In this document: positions 1-13,899 of the stretch, piece after piece
Position numbering within the stretch: position 1 is the first letter of the stretch
Layout: every line of letters begins with the position of its first letter
NCBI RefSeq assembly: GCF_000497125.1
Contig: NC_090597.1
Span: forward strand, 62,001 to 126,000
Length of the DNA: 64,000 nucleotides
Origin: Spironucleus salmonicida
Lineage: Eukaryota
Direction of reading: 5' to 3'
Made by a program: the position numbers and the translations under genes
Notes under the pieces: generated by a model
The model's input: only the letters and a program-made list of their open reading frames with translations
Told to the model about the DNA's origin: nothing
Databases searched by the model: none

Positions 1-399
1 TTGAAATAAAGGTGTGCATTTTAAATTTAAGTTTATATTTAAAGGGATATTTATTAAGGAAAATAATCAAGGTTTTTATCAGGATATATAAATTTAATGA
101 TGCGGCTTTATGCCCATTTTAATCCTTAATAGAAGAATAAAATAATAACATAATTTATATAACCTATCATTGAATCTATATTAATTTTGTAATTCCTATA
201 TATTTCAAAAACAATTTCAATATAAAATATTATATAAATAATATAGCTCTTTATGTTATGGTATAATTTATTATAATACAAATTTATTTACTATTATAAA
301 CTTTAACTATCTTAATCTGTTATTTAATAATATATAAGGGACTTCATGTATGATAATCATGTAAAATTAATAGTTTCGTATGTCTATCAGTTCAAACAG

Positions 400-1929
400 T
401 CATATCTCGTCCATTTCGGGCTTTGGCCGCAGCTTCTTCATCCGTAGCTTGGTCTTTCCGAATATGATAACGCCGCCGAGCGCCCCGCCGGCAACCATCG
501 ATGCTGCAATTATGATAATATTGTAGAATATTATCTCCATCAGCGTCACCGTCTAGAAGTCGGGGTAGAGCGAGTCCACGAAGTCTCCGTTGGCCCTCGT
601 GATCAGCAACTAGTAGTTGTACGCGTCCTGAATTTAGCGGATCGTCTTCGCTTCCGGGATGCGAATCTCGATGTCGAGGTGCGTGTCCAGCAGAAACTCG
701 GCAGTTGCAACATTGGTGACACTGTTAGTAACCTAGTTCGCCTGCGTAGGAAACAGCTAGATGGTAACATTGGCCTTGTAGGGCTTTGGCTGCGGGCAGT
801 TGTTCGTTGACGTTACGCGGATGAAGCCGGCCTCTAGCACCATGTGCGTGTCCGAGAAGCACGTCTTGCGGATGTTGGCGAAGGTGAAGCTGAACCGGTT
901 CAGTGGAACCTCGTCATTGTACAGGGCCATGCTGATGATCACGCTCTCGCCCTTGTCGAACACCAGCTGCAGGCACTCAGGCGGCTGCAGGAAGCCATCG
1001 TCCACCGGGGAGAAGACCTGCTCGTCCATGTTGAGCTGGAGCTTTCCATTCAGTTTGATGTTCTCCGAGAGCAGTGCTGCCGCGAACTGCGCGACGAGGG
1101 TACAGGCGAAGTCGTTCACCTCGATCACCAGCTTAACCTAGGCAGCCTTCATCAGTTCCGTTTTCAAGCTCTCGGAGCTGCCTATCACCAGGAACAGGTT
1201 GTTGCCGTACGCGCTCACTGCCGATATCATCCCTGGGGAGTCTTGGCCCTTATACGATAGGGTGATGGTGGACACCTTCCCGGTGGCCTCGATGTCGTTG
1301 GAGCCGTAGGTGCATACCAGCATTATGGAGAGGATCCCGGTGTTGTAGAGGATGGGGGACAGATCCTTATTGGAGAAGCCGATGGATATGGTTTTAGCAG
1401 TGGTCTCAGTCTTCACTGATGAACTATCATATGAGAGTGGGTACGACTGTATGAAGTTGGTGACGATGAGCGTGGCGTTAGTCACGGCCAGCGTTGTGAA
1501 TGCCTTCGGGAAGGAGGCGGTCGCGGTGAAGACTTTCTGGTCGTACTCCACCAGGAGGTTGCTGAAAACCTCTGCCTCGCTGTTGCGGGTGAGCGTGATC
1601 TGGGAGATCTGCTGCATGAAGACCTCGCTGTAGCTGCGGATCTCGAGCTGGGCTGCCTTGACGTCGAAGTATAGCTTGATGTCGGCGACTGGGATCTGGA
1701 TCAGCAGCGTAGTCCCGTATGCGTAGTCCGTGAGCACGGTCTGTACGTCCAGGTCTTTCCGCGTGAACAGGAGTCGGACGTTCACCGCAGTCGGCAGGTT
1801 GCCGCATGCCGCGCTACCGGTCGGCTCGATGTGGATGATCAACGTACCCTGCACCTGGGACACCTCCAGGGTGGTCAGGTCGGAGTAGCACGCCTGGAGC
1901 TGCGCGTACCCTGCTAATACCGCCAACAT
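400..1929 (-). CDS. Hypothetical type I membrane protein (~509 aa)
   Basis: ATG at 1929; frame stays open through TAG/TAA (Gln) joining ORFs 1138..1929 and 757..1128, ending ...KKLRPKPEMDEI-TGA (400-402). Short hydrophobic N-terminus MLAVLAGYA; C-terminal TM (IIIIAASMVAGGALGGVIIFG) then a basic tail; GC-rich codon usage. Confidence 0.85.
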
Positions 1930-2255
1930 TTTTGAAGACCCGAGGCGAATGCAACAGAGGTTAGAAAGTATTCAGCTTGGCCGGGTTTTTAGTTTCAATA
2001 GATTAGGGGAACTAACGGTAATATATAGTATTTATGAAATGGAAACAAAATATGCAGAAGTACTAATTATGGTATCTTCTATTTTAAGCGAGTTTCATAG
2101 ACTCTATTGTGGATATTATACCAAATGTACAATAATCTAAAACTGCGAACTGGAATGAGGATTAGTTACTGTTACTGGAAACATACAGCGAAACTAGTTT
2201 TAGGTTAAAACTATTAATAGTATTATGTCCTACTATAGCTACTACCATAAAAATA

Positions 2256-2666
2256 TCATTCGCCAGCTTCTCGCTGCAGTTCTACCTGCACGTGCGCACT
2301 GCCTTGCAATGAGCAGATGTCCAGCTCTTCAGCGAACCGCACCCGAACTCTCGTCGCCGCGAACTGCCGGCTAGCGGGCAAACTTCTGAAATCTGCGCTC
2401 CTGTGCCGTAGGGTGCAAATTTGATGCAGCGCAGCCAGTTCGAGGTGCCGCTGCTACCGAAATGGTGCCCATGCGAGAGGTTTGGTTCTTAAGAGTGCAA
2501 CAGGGCGTGCAGGTCTGGGAGGCACCCCCGTGTTTGGGCGCGTTCTGGCGTCTTGGAGTTGGCGCTGGCCACTCGGAAAGCACGCAATTGGCACGAGGAA
2601 GTTCCAATGGGTAGCGCTTTCGATTGTATTGGTACAGGGCCATTGGCTGTTTCTTCGTATACACAT
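2256..2666 (-). CDS. Possible hypothetical protein (~136 aa)
   Basis: GC-rich island in AT-rich flank; ORF 2454..2666 continues through TAG=Gln to TGA at 2256-2258. No recognisable domain; start uncertain. Confidence 0.3.
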
Positions 2667-2782
2667 CGCACCCCACGTTGATACTTTACAGCTACTCGAG
2701 CGCGGGAGGTTATTTCGTGTAAATGGGTATATTATATATAATTAGTTTACTGCAGATGGCCTACCACAAGTTAGTATTCCAG

Positions 2783-3442
2783 TCACTTTTTACCCCTCTT
2801 GATAAAATAATAGGCAAGGCCGCCAGCAACGGCGCCAACGACAAGAATCACACCGATGACAATTCCGGTAACCACCCCGCCGCCTAGCTTGTTGCTGGCA
2901 GGGGCTTCGGGGTCCACCGGAACAACTGGAACTATTGGGACAACTGGGACCTCTGGATCTACCGGGGCAACTGGGATATCTGGCTCAGGAACAATAGGCC
3001 AGCACCTTCCGACAAATTTTCTATATCCTTCAGCACAATCCATACAGCGGCCAGCATCGTCCATCTTCATTCCTTTTAAACAGGTGGCGCATGTTGGTAC
3101 AACATCACCTGTGCAGGTCCCACAATTACCACTATTTCCACATTTACACGGCGAGGTGGCTCCTGCTTTGCAATCAGTAGCTACTCCTTCTTTACAAAAG
3201 TAACCATATTTTAGATCATTACAAATAACGGTGCACTCACCTGTTATTGTTGTTACGTGGGTAGCAGGCTCACAGGAATTGCACGAAGCGGTGGAGTCAC
3301 ATACAATGCAATTCATCTAGCATGGTTTGCACGTTAGGGTATTTCCATCACAATATCCTTTCTTTTAACTAGAACAGTCGGTATGTCGTGTACACTTGGT
3401 ATCTGCGTTATTTACTTGCTTATTGCTATTATCTGGGGCCAT
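2783..3442 (-). CDS. Small cysteine-rich membrane protein (CRMP-1/VSP-like, 219 aa)
   Basis: ATG at 3442 in frame with ORF 2783..3316; CxxC repeats, Pro/Val-rich stalk, TM GGGVVTGIVIGVILVVGAVAGGLAYYFI, tail KRGKK-TGA. Confidence 0.9.
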
Positions 3443-4131
3443 TTTGAAGATTATGATAAATATTATATTAGTTAATCACCAAAACACTATTCTCGCTGTT
3501 TTTTAAATTTTATAAAGTATGTATATTTTTCTTATTAAAGTTGGTCCAAAACCTAAAAATAAATTGTTTAGGTACTATATTAATAAATTATCTAACTATA
3601 CAATTTAATGTATAAGACAATAATTACTTACTTTAATATCACATATAAAGATAGCTTAATGTAAAAAATAGAAAATCTTTTGAAAGGTACTCAGTAATTT
3701 AAAGATTTCAGTTATCTGCAAATAGTTATAATAGCAGCTAATTTTATTTAAAATTATATAAAACAGATATTGACATATTATATTGATTTTACTATTTTCT
3801 TAACACTTTTCATATAATATCAAACTACTGTGCATAGCAAAAATTAGTAACTTCTATTTGTAATAAAATAATGTTATCATAATTATAACTTAGAATATAT
3901 GAATTCTACTCTATTAAATAATTTATACTATGAATAACAAATAAAGTATAATATTATATAGAACTAACTATTTAATATCATAAATCATAACTACAAGTAA
4001 GAAGGGAAAATAACAAAATGAATTTAATATCATTAATATATTATTCAATTAAATTAATACTATCATTATATAATATACACTTTATATTGAAAATGCATTT
4101 ATGTGGATAAGAGATTTACGATACGAATTTG

Positions 4132-7100
4132 TCACTCCACAGGATTTGGCGATCGTATCTCAAAGGAAGCCAGCTAAAGCTTTGAATCTATACCAGTAAG
4201 CGAGTTCTGTGAATTTTGTTGAGATTTGTATTATTTTGTTCCAAAAAGTTGATTGCTATCTAATACGTTGTTTTTGCTGCTAATAAATGGTTTCCTTGTA
4301 CCTTTCCTTGGCAAATTTCCATCGAGATTCATTATGTTTCGTCTCGTCTAGGATGTGGGGCTTTCCACGTTATCATTAAATTAGCCAGATTCCGTCTATG
4401 ATCGAGCCTTTTTCTTCAGTATTGCGGTTTTAATGAACGGCATAACTCCACTGACTTCAGTTTCTAGCTCTTTTGCCTACCTCACATTCTTTCTATGATA
4501 CCAGTAAGAGCTTCTGATATTAAAGTAGGTTAAACTAACAAAAACAATAACTAAAGCAAAAGTTTGGAGAATAACATGAATGGGCGTACTGAGGTAGTTA
4601 TTATTTTATGAATAATAATAATCCCCTACCGCTGCTATAAACTGTGCCCAAATTGCTGATGAGATTAGGTTTATCGAAAACTCAACTGCCGATATTCGCA
4701 TCATTACTATAATATTGACAACGTTAAATAACATTTAGGTGAGCAAGCTGGAGAAAAATATGTCATACTAAAGAATCGCAGTTAATATTTCACCAGGGTA
4801 TAACAATCCAACGACTGCATTAATGCAGAAAGACGAAAGCGAAATTCTGTAAATAGCGCCAACCTCGCCATATCGTCCGAGAATCAAATCAAATACATAA
4901 AATTACGTACCGCTTAATATTATAGCTAGAAGAACCATAGCTTGGCCTATGATAGCATTTCCTGCCGAGGATCCAGTAAAGTACCCAGCTGCCATAGAAT
5001 CCTAGATCGCATAATATATTTATGTTGCTAGCGGAAGCCCTAAGCCTATGAACAGGGCTAGCTTCTGTTGGGGTTTGAATCTGAATCTTGCTAGAAATAT
5101 GCACAATAATAGCGTTATTGGGGGACCTGCTAGTTTATAGATCTGTTCTCCAAAGTCTTAGACAATATCTGTTACAGCTAGGTACTAAACAGCATTAAAC
5201 GAAACCTAGATAGCAGCTGCCAGAATAAACAAATAAAAATGAGACGCCATGTTAAAAAAGTACCTCTTGTATACTGGAGGCGCTAAAAACACGAATAGCA
5301 AGGCAAATGGCAGCATCGAGAATATGCTAACCGCTGTTTGCATGAAAAAATCATCTATGTAGACATCCTATATAGCTACTATGACAGCTAAAATCTATGA
5401 TAGTATGACGAATATAAGGTGAACTCCGAGGCGCTTAACCAGCTTTTTGACAAAAATTTACAAATCTTTTCGCTTTTCCTTCCCAATTAAAAATATAATT
5501 AAAATTAAAGCAAGTAAAATTAGTAATCCTAGTGAGGCAGGAACAAAAAAACTAAGCACGTACTGCTTGGTCAGGCCAATTTTAACGCATTCTTAATTAC
5601 TAAGTTGGTACCTAGAGCTGCAAGAAACGCAAATTGCACGACCAGCCTCATTGCTATAGCACACGCCGTTCAGCCCTAGCTCGACTTTGCAGCAGCAGAG
5701 CGCAAATAACCCACTCGTGCATTTGCACGGCATGTAGCCTTTCGCGCACTCAGAGCACACATTTCCACTCCATCCTTCATCGCACTAATCGCACCAGAAA
5801 CGCTATACTGACGCAATGCACCGGCCCCGCAGCTTCCCATTCTATGGAACCGTCAGAACACCACAATTTCCCTTAATGTTCACCAACGTGCTATCGCACT
5901 CCACGCACATATTTTTCAGTTTGTCAAACTTCCTGCAAGTTCCGTCTGCGCATACTATATTGGAACCCTCAAGCGCGCATGAATCGGCGAAATTGCTCGC
6001 GTGCTGTTTGCAAACACCCTGGAAATTGAACTGAACTGAGCACTGCTAGCAGTTAAAAGACTGCTGCAAATTACCACACTCGAAGCAGTAAATATTTCCA
6101 TCCCAATCTGTGCCGCAGGACTCGTTAACTTGCTAAATGCAAGATACTCCGAAACTCAGAAAGCCGGTATCGCACGTTTAACACGAATCCTGTAGCTTAT
6201 AGCCGGTCTGGCAGCTCGCGCAAACTATCCTACTTCCAGAGTAGAAGCAGACGCCGTAGCTGCAGCTGTCGCATGACCTGAGGCAGAGGTCCTCTCCAAT
6301 TTCAAGTTTCTGTTCGTCTGGGAGCAAGTTTGAGCTGAAATACCCAGACGAGCAGCCTTAACAGACTCCTGAAAAATCAGTCTCGTAGCCCTCCGCACAC
6401 TTGTCGCAGAGCGGTAGGGCGAAGTTCGCAGCACAAACGCTGCAGAACAGATCGGAGGGGTCTGCGGCATTCTGAAAGCAGTCTCCAGTGGGAATATTTG
6501 CATCAATATAGCACGAATCTCGTAGCTACAGCTCGGTGCACTCGTCGCAAGTTGGTCCTTTGTAGCCTTCGTAGCAGGAGCAGATTTTTTCGGTTTCTGT
6601 CGTAAAACACACCCCGTGGGGGTTCGAGTCCTGCTCGTAGCACTTTTCTTCGTAAAGCACAAAATTTGGAAAGCAGTCGAGGCACTTGTAGTCGTTTGGT
6701 AGCATGTAGCAGCGCCCGGTGCACTCTGGCAGCGTGCACTTTTCGAGGCACGAACTGCCGATGAGCAGGTAGTCTGCCGCACAGCCAACGCAGATTAGCG
6801 CTTACAGTTCATCTAGATAACAATCGTTTTGCCCCACCTTTGGCCAGCATTTAGCCTAGTCTTACACGAAACCTTCAGCGCATGAGTCGCACTATATGCC
6901 AATAAGGCCCAGGGCACACTTCGTGCACAGTGGTCCATTCTCAGTCAAAAAGCAGTTTCCTTGAGTGCAATCTGTGCATTTGCGGTAGCAGCCCCCAAAT
7001 TATAGCTCAAACCTGTCTTCCACATCGCAAGCGTCGCATCCTCGTCCAAAATACCCTAAATAACAATCCCCTAGGCAGTTCAGAACTAGCGCAATACCGA

Positions 7101-8010
7101 CATAGCAGCGGTTTCCTCGGCACGTTTCACAGTACTAAAAGCACTCGCCATTAACACTCATAAACCCAGGGGCACAATCTGAACAGGTAGGCCCAATTAA
7201 ATCGCCCGCACAAGACTTGCAGGAAATACCATCGCTCCCTGTGAAGTAACAGTCTCCATCGCAATCGGTGCATACTTTGGCGCATTTCCCTTCGAAATCA
7301 GCTGCCCCGGTGCTGCATATCTCGCAGTTATTGCCCTCTGCGAAACTCTCACATTTGCAGTTGGTATCAGGTTAGCAAACTCCGTAAATGCAGGTTTCCG
7401 TGGAGCACGAGTAGCGGCACCTTTAGTTATATAGGGTTTACCCTTCGTTGCAGGACAAACAGATTATGTCACCTTAGTATGCGATACAGTGACCGCGCAG
7501 CTCTTCAGGATCTTGTATTTAACAACACTGATTGTTGTACAGTTGAAATCCTGGTAAGCACTAATCGCACGCAGTTCCGACAGTACCATCGTGGCATTAA
7601 ATACAATTGATCTCACCATCTTTATCGTAGTAGCAGTTCCCAGTTTAACATGAATAACAGCGTTTGTAACAGTTTCCATCGACTTTTAAAAAGTCTTCAG
7701 CGCAGTCAGCGCAGTCTGGCTATCCCCAGCCAACCAGACAGGCACCACACTCCCAAGGGCCTGTGTTTCCAGACAGATAAACACAGTACTCACCTTTTGT
7801 GCAAAATCCGGTAGTGCATTGTACCTTGCAGGAGGGGTTACTTGGGTCTGTGCAGAACTGGCAGCAGGAGCCAGCAGTGTTGTCTTGGCACATACACTCT
7901 CCATTATAGCATGGAAAACCGTTACAATCATTTGATGATTGGCAATAAACATTAGAGCATATCGTAGTCTCAATGGTAATTGGCTAGAACATCAATAGTA
8001 GTATGAGCAT
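4132..8010 (-). CDS. Cys-rich (EGF/CxxC) ectodomain fused to an SLC35F/DMT-like multi-pass transporter domain (~1292 aa)
   Basis: ATG 8010 (MLILLLMFQPITIETTICSNVYCQSSNDC...), same frame at 5521-5580 and at TGA 4132-4134 (...EIRSPNPVE*). About 820 aa of Cys repeats, one TM, then ~10 hydrophobic segments resembling SLC35F1/F2 (DUF914), and a ~130-aa hydrophilic tail. Confidence 0.85.
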
Positions 8011-8829
8011 TTTTTTGGAATGATATTGATAAGTAAAATGTATTTAAATATATAATTAAAAATTTAGATTATATGAAATATATAATTATTTGAATGTAAA
8101 TAATAGAATATTCGTATAACATATTAATCTAAAAATTGGATATATGCTGTAAGAAACAGGTTATATTAAATAATACTTGATAAATTACTTTATCAGTTTC
8201 TTTTAATATTCACATTATATAGTAAAATATTTTATTTTAGAATTAAAAAAATATCCAAAGTTATGTTTCATATAATAATAGTGTATTTGTAAATCTTTTA
8301 ACTTAAAGATTTAATACGAGAGTACTTAAATCTGGCAATAGCTTGAAATAACCATTAGTAATTTAAGTCAGTATAGTGAGTATAAACAAACATTTAAAAA
8401 AATATAGAAACTTACTGTAAATTTAGCAAGTTTCGTGTAATTCGGATTAAATTAAGGTATAAATGATGCATTTAATATACCTTTATAATTCAAATATCAT
8501 CTTAGTTATTATATAATTTATTATATAACAATATTAAATATACCTTTTTAATTTAGTATCACCTTAGTATACGAAAATAAAAAATTATATATCACTCAAT
8601 CTTCTAATTATAATACCTACCTTAATTTTTAGTTTAAATTTTACTAACTGAGCAGACTTAATTTAAATTATTATTTTAATATATAATATATAATTTTAAC
8701 TATTATTGCGATATTTACATATTCTATTTTTTAGATTTCACTCTATCCCATTAAATTATTAATAATGATGGAAAATCTCACATTACATAATTATATTACT
8801 ATTATCTTAAATATACTTTTATAGTTAAG

Positions 8830-10122
8830 ATGACAGGCTGCCATGTAGTAGGATGCATCGAGTGCCCAAATAACCCTTACGTATGTCAGGCGTGCACTAC
8901 GGACTTTAAGTTGGTGGACAATTACTGCCTTTCGCCATGTAGTGCCTGTCCAGAAGGCACCAGCTGTCAAGGCAGTTCGTCAACTTGTACTGCGTGCTCG
9001 AATCCCAACTGCCTTAATTGTGAAGGAATGTGGTGTCTGCAGTGCAAGACTGGGTATAAACTACAAGGCCATATAAACTGCAACAAGATGACATGTAACG
9101 ACTGCTCTTATGGTTTTTTCTGCGACGAAAAGGCTCTAGTAAGCTGCATAGATTGCACGAAAATTCCCGAAGGAAAATTCTGTAACTGCTATCACTCGCG
9201 AATTTAGAATTGCCTATCCTGTAACTAAATAACTGGCAACTGTTCTAATTGCCTGTAGGGGTATTTTCCAGCCAAAAATGGGTAGAAGTGCATCCGTAAC
9301 GGAACCTGCCTGGTAACACAGGACTGCGGTCTGAACCAGTTCTGCTAGGGCTCCAAGTGCGTTAAAGGGGATCTGGCGCACCCGGTCTCCTGCGGCGAGC
9401 TGCTGAACTGCACGTCCTGCGTTTCGCCGTTCTTCTGCCTGAGGTGCAGCGGCGACTACCACCTCGGGGAGGACCTGAAGTGCCTCACGCCTCGCTGTGA
9501 GACGCTTGAGCTGAACCAGTACTGCAAAGACGTCAACGTCCCCGCAGCGTGCCCTGGTCCGTTCGCATGCAGGTGCCCGAACCAGAGAGACCACTGCGCG
9601 ACCTGCGATTCCGACGGCTGTGCGACCTGTCTGGCTGGGTTCGCACTGAGCAAGCACGGCTGTACGCGGAACGTGTGCACGTCCTCGGCTGACTGCCTCT
9701 TCGGCAGCTTCTGCGCCGAGAAGGGCTGTCAGGGCTGCGAGAGCATCGGTAGCGGCGGGTACTGCAACTGCGGTGCGCTGGTGCAGAACTGCGCGCTCTG
9801 CAGCGACGGCGTATGCCTGAAGTGCTAGCACGGCTCGTAGCTGACCCAGGGCTACTGCGTGATCACGGACTCATCCGACGGCGCGGTGGACGTGAAGCTG
9901 ATGATAGAGATTTCGGTTGCTATCATTATCGTCGTGATCGGCGTCACTCTCATCATCCTGTTCGTGATATTTAAGAAGTACTCGCCTAAGCAAAATGGGT
10001 TCGAAAAAATTGGTACATAAGACAAAATAACACCGAGACTAATGGATAATTCGCAGAATAAGTCATTAGAATTTAGTTTGTCCCATAATGATGAAGGTTC
10101 TAGCACTCTTGTTCAATAGTGA
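8830..10122 (+). CDS. Cysteine-rich membrane protein (430 aa), family X copy 1
   Basis: MTGCHVVGCIECPNNPYVC...; CxxC repeats read through TAR; TM EISVAIIIVVIGVTLIILFVIF-KKY; ends CAA TAG TGA (10120-10122). Confidence 0.9.
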
Positions 10123-11244
10123 AGGTTTTATTATTTTTTATTTACTACAATTAAATATTATGTATTTAGCGATATATAGTTGAGTAGTTTCACTTTAAGA
10201 AAACATGAATTGACAGGTCTAGATTCAAAGATTGATACTTAGCTCTAGAAAGTATAGTAACAAGAATTACTAATTTAGACGTAAAAATTATACTTAAAAG
10301 AACCCTGATATATTATGTACTTTTTTACGAAGCTAGTGGCGGAATAGCTAATAACGTAATCTGCACCTAGTTGTGCGTACGAACAAATTGAATAGAAAAC
10401 AGTAAGCATGGTATGATCTTAGAAAACACAAAATAAGCTGCAATACTTCTAGTCTAATAAATACTTAATTTAGATCATAGATTGTTAATATTTAATTTGA
10501 GGTTTTTATGGTTGATTTCACGGCTCGAACTGATGGCCTCAGTATTATAACAACAAAAATTGAGGCGATTCATGGTGCTTAATATTAAACTTTGACAAAC
10601 ATGCGTGATTCTAGGCTGTTGTGAACCTTGGAGCGTTATATGCCGTCTTCGCGCTAACTAATGAGACCAATACGATTTAGACTCTTATGTTATAATATAT
10701 ATTGCGCTGACTGCGTAAGTAACAGTACTATGTCGTAATCCTACCGCGTGCGACAGGCCCGTAATCACTGTGGCTATGGTACTATCAATCTTTTTGATAA
10801 CGGATAATTAAATATTATATCGCATATATACAGGATCATAGTGAATCAAAATGGGAACCCTGCAATTAGTAGTAGTGACGGGGTAGCTAATGTATATTTG
10901 AATTATCTGAATCAGGATACGTTTATATAGTTAGTATACCGGTTCCTGACGCCCCGGTCCAGTCTGATTGCTTCATCGAAGCCAGTATGATTAGGGACTA
11001 TATTAGTGATCTTCATCCATGATTTCTAGCTGTCATTACGCTCTGGCCTGATGTATGTACAATCATTCCATTTTCTAGTTCCGTGAGACTTCGGGAACAT
11101 CAGCCCACAGAATGTGCCTCACTGGTATATGATTCCTATCCTGCCTGTATATGTGGTCATTGTATCCACAGGATAGTCTACGGTTCAGCGTGAGCCTATC
11201 ACTGCACCATCGTCCAGAAAATCTATATAAGTGAATACACGACC

Positions 11245-11799
11245 TCACTCTACTTTCTTCAGGAAAGCCGCGGGATTACCTCCGACTACCACCATCTCCG
11301 GTACATCCTTAACCACAACGCTTCCTGCTGCGATGATGGCTCCCCTGCCAATCTTGATACCAGGGCAGATAACGACTCTGCCGCCGATCCAGACATCATC
11401 CCCAATCTCAATCTATTTCGCAAATTCGATGCCAGTAGCTCTGACCACCGGATCTAGTGGGTGGCCTACGGTGTAGATATCCACATTGGGACCGATCATA
11501 ACATTCCTCCCGATGATAACCTTGGCAGAGTCAAGCACTGTGAAGCCATAGTTAGCGAAGAAATTGTCGCCAATGTGGATATTAATCCCGTAGTCGCAGA
11601 AAAATGGCTGGATCATAAAGCAGTTTACCCCGTGGGATCCGAGTAGGCCATGGATAATAGCACCGTCCTCATGCGTAATCACAGAATTTCCGCGGTTGTA
11701 CTCAGTGCAAGTTGCGTGAGCTTTGATGCGGAGCTTCACCAGGTAGGACTCGTTTGAGTCGTAGGTGCGGCCAGCTAGCATATCATTGTAATTATCCAT
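11245..11799 (-). CDS. Sugar (maltose/galactoside) O-acetyltransferase, LbH hexapeptide family (184 aa), copy 1
   Basis: [10 protein letters not shown]-terminus, [41 protein letters not shown]; after TAG=Gln: [46 protein letters not shown]. Confidence 0.93.
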
Positions 11800-11916
11800 T
11801 TTGAGAAAGGGAAGTTTGTTTATATATTATTAGCTACGTCGGAGCTGTTATCTCTATCATATATGCTAGAGATTAGATGGAAAGTGTTAGTTTGTGGCTG
11901 AAAGTATAAAGGTGGC

Positions 11917-12330
11917 TCACTGGTCCGGTCCGAGAATGCTGTCTGGGGTTGTATATAGCGTGCTGGGTTTGGGTCGCGGAGGCGGCGAAACTGCCTACTG
12001 GTAGCTCTGGTCACCTCTCCCCTGGACCTGGTACTTGTCCGGTTCGTTGTACATACCCTGGATATGATGAGCAAACTCGGCACACGCCATCCTGCTGGGG
12101 TGGGAGTACCCACAGGCCCTGCAGGTGGTTGCCTAACCGTACTGCTATACCACAAATGGGCTTTCAACGAAGGATGAATAAAACGGCTGCCGGTAGACGT
12201 GAGAGTACATAGGTTGGAGGAAGCCGTAATTTGAATAGCTCTAGTATCCATATGGTGAATAGTAGGATGAGTAGCTAGAACAGAAGTATGGGTCGTACGG
12301 GTCGTACATGCCGCAGTAGCCTCCGCCCAT
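11917..12330 (-). CDS. Small Tyr/Pro/Gln-rich hypothetical protein (137 aa), copy 1
   Basis: Mirror of 20164..20577; AAAATG start and CAGTGA stop; co-oriented between MATE and the acetyltransferase. Confidence 0.6.
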
Positions 12331-12434
12331 TTTTTCTGACAATTATTATTTTATAATTTGAAGATGTAGCAGTTTCTTTCCCCAGGCTGGTCCCCAAGTA
12401 TATAATGTCGAGACCATCCTTCCTAGCTCGATCA

Positions 12435-13847
12435 TCAGGCTTTCCCTAGTACAACATCGGCATAGACTACAATCTGGTCATCTGAATTGAGGTCCCTTCG
12501 CAATCGCCAAATGACCTACCATAACACTGCCATGCTTGCAATCCCGCAGACAACCTCAGCTGCGGCCGTGGCATAGAACAAAGTGGACACACGCCCGGTA
12601 ATCAGAGGTCCCAACCATGACCACATACAACTAATAACTACCTTACATAGCTGAAGAGAAGCAGCCGCCCAGAACCGCTTTTGCTGTTGTAAGACCGCAA
12701 CCACAATACCTTGTGCCACGCCACACAAAGTACAGATCATGTTAAGTCGTATAATTCCGGAACACTAAGTGCGTACTCGTTCATCTGTAGTGAAGAGTCC
12801 CGTTATAGGTTGAGCGAACACCATAAGAACAGCAGCGATGAGTCCCCCAACGCTGCCGCATATGGTTAGCGAGCTGCGTATAGTTTTTAGCGTTTTCTGG
12901 TGTTCCCGCTGCGAAATACTGATGGCTACCACGGGTTAGATACCCTACTACATCCCACTAAGGGGCATCGTGAGTAGGGTCATTACCTTCGAGCAGATTC
13001 CCTGGACCAGCTGGAAGTGCTGTGTCTCTAAGTCATTCTATGATAACTTTCGCAGCAAAAACGGCACAAAGAACTGGGGAAGTGATGTCTACGAGTATCC
13101 CATGAAGGTTAAGAGCCCAAACTACTGAATTTGGAGAAGGCTTCCCAGCTTTGGCTTGAACTGGTTAAGCCGCAACCGTAACGGCGCAAAAGGCGTCATA
13201 AAGAAGACAATAGTGACAGCACCCATCGCACAGTACGCAATACAGGACGCCCACGCAGCCCCCTATACCCCCACCTTTAGTACACCTAGGAAGTAATAGT
13301 CGAGACCGATGTTGATTACCGCCGATACACACTACCGTAGCATTGCGAAGGTAGCTAGGTTCTGACTTTTTAGCACGCCCGTGAAACCAGAAGATACAGC
13401 ATAGGAGAGTGGACCGAATATGGTCATGAAGCGGCCATACTATAAGCTGAGTGGAATTACTTGCGCAGTCACCCCCAACAGAAGTAGATATGGTTCTAGT
13501 ATAAATATTAGCATTATCGGGACTATTATGGCATGCATCAGACAGAGAAGTAGCTGTTATGCGAGGAAGTGGCCAGCCTATTCTTTGCTATCCTCGCCGA
13601 TGGCACGCGAAATGAAAACAGCCGCTCCTGCTGACTCAGATGCAATTGTTTGCGAAAATAGGTAGTATTCTGTAGGGAGGAAGTTAGACACGCCCACCAG
13701 AGCAAGGTCGCCGCAGAACCTGCCGACCAGCACTGACTCCAATGCATTGTAGATGGAAAGCACTACCTAGCCCAATAAAGAGGGAATTCCTATCTTAATG
13801 AGTAGTACTGCCGGTTTTTCCGATCGAAGTTTTTCCAATCTCCCCAT
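12435..13847 (-). CDS. MATE-family efflux transporter (470 aa), copy 1
   Basis: Exact mirror of 18647..20059. Confidence 0.9.
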
Positions 13848-13899
13848 TTTATGTATGTAGGGTGCAAAAAAGTAGAGGTGGAGTGGTCGCGATGTAGAG

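Larger units (their letters stand above)
2783..10122. repeat. Inverted duplication A, left arm (~7.3 kb; partner 46362..53664)
   Basis: Mirror ORF pairs sum to 56484 (7686..7973/48511..48798; 9852..10106/46378..46632). Non-coding AT-rich tracts are also mirrored; the outermost ~0.8 kb is more diverged. Confidence 0.9.

Noticed and set aside
2900-2985. Short tandem repeats that might resemble a CRISPR-like array
   Set aside because: They encode the P-V-x-P stalk of the small CRMP; no repeat-spacer structure.
9214-9831. 205-aa Ala/Arg-rich ORF (also at 22663, 44408, 46653) and the long ORFs 34033..34965 and 37273..38388
   Set aside because: Antisense shadows of GC-rich CRMP coding frames.
10200-11230. 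Long semi-open frames between family X and the acetyltransferase
   Set aside because: Several TGAs and no recognisable product; long frames are expected by chance with a single stop codon.
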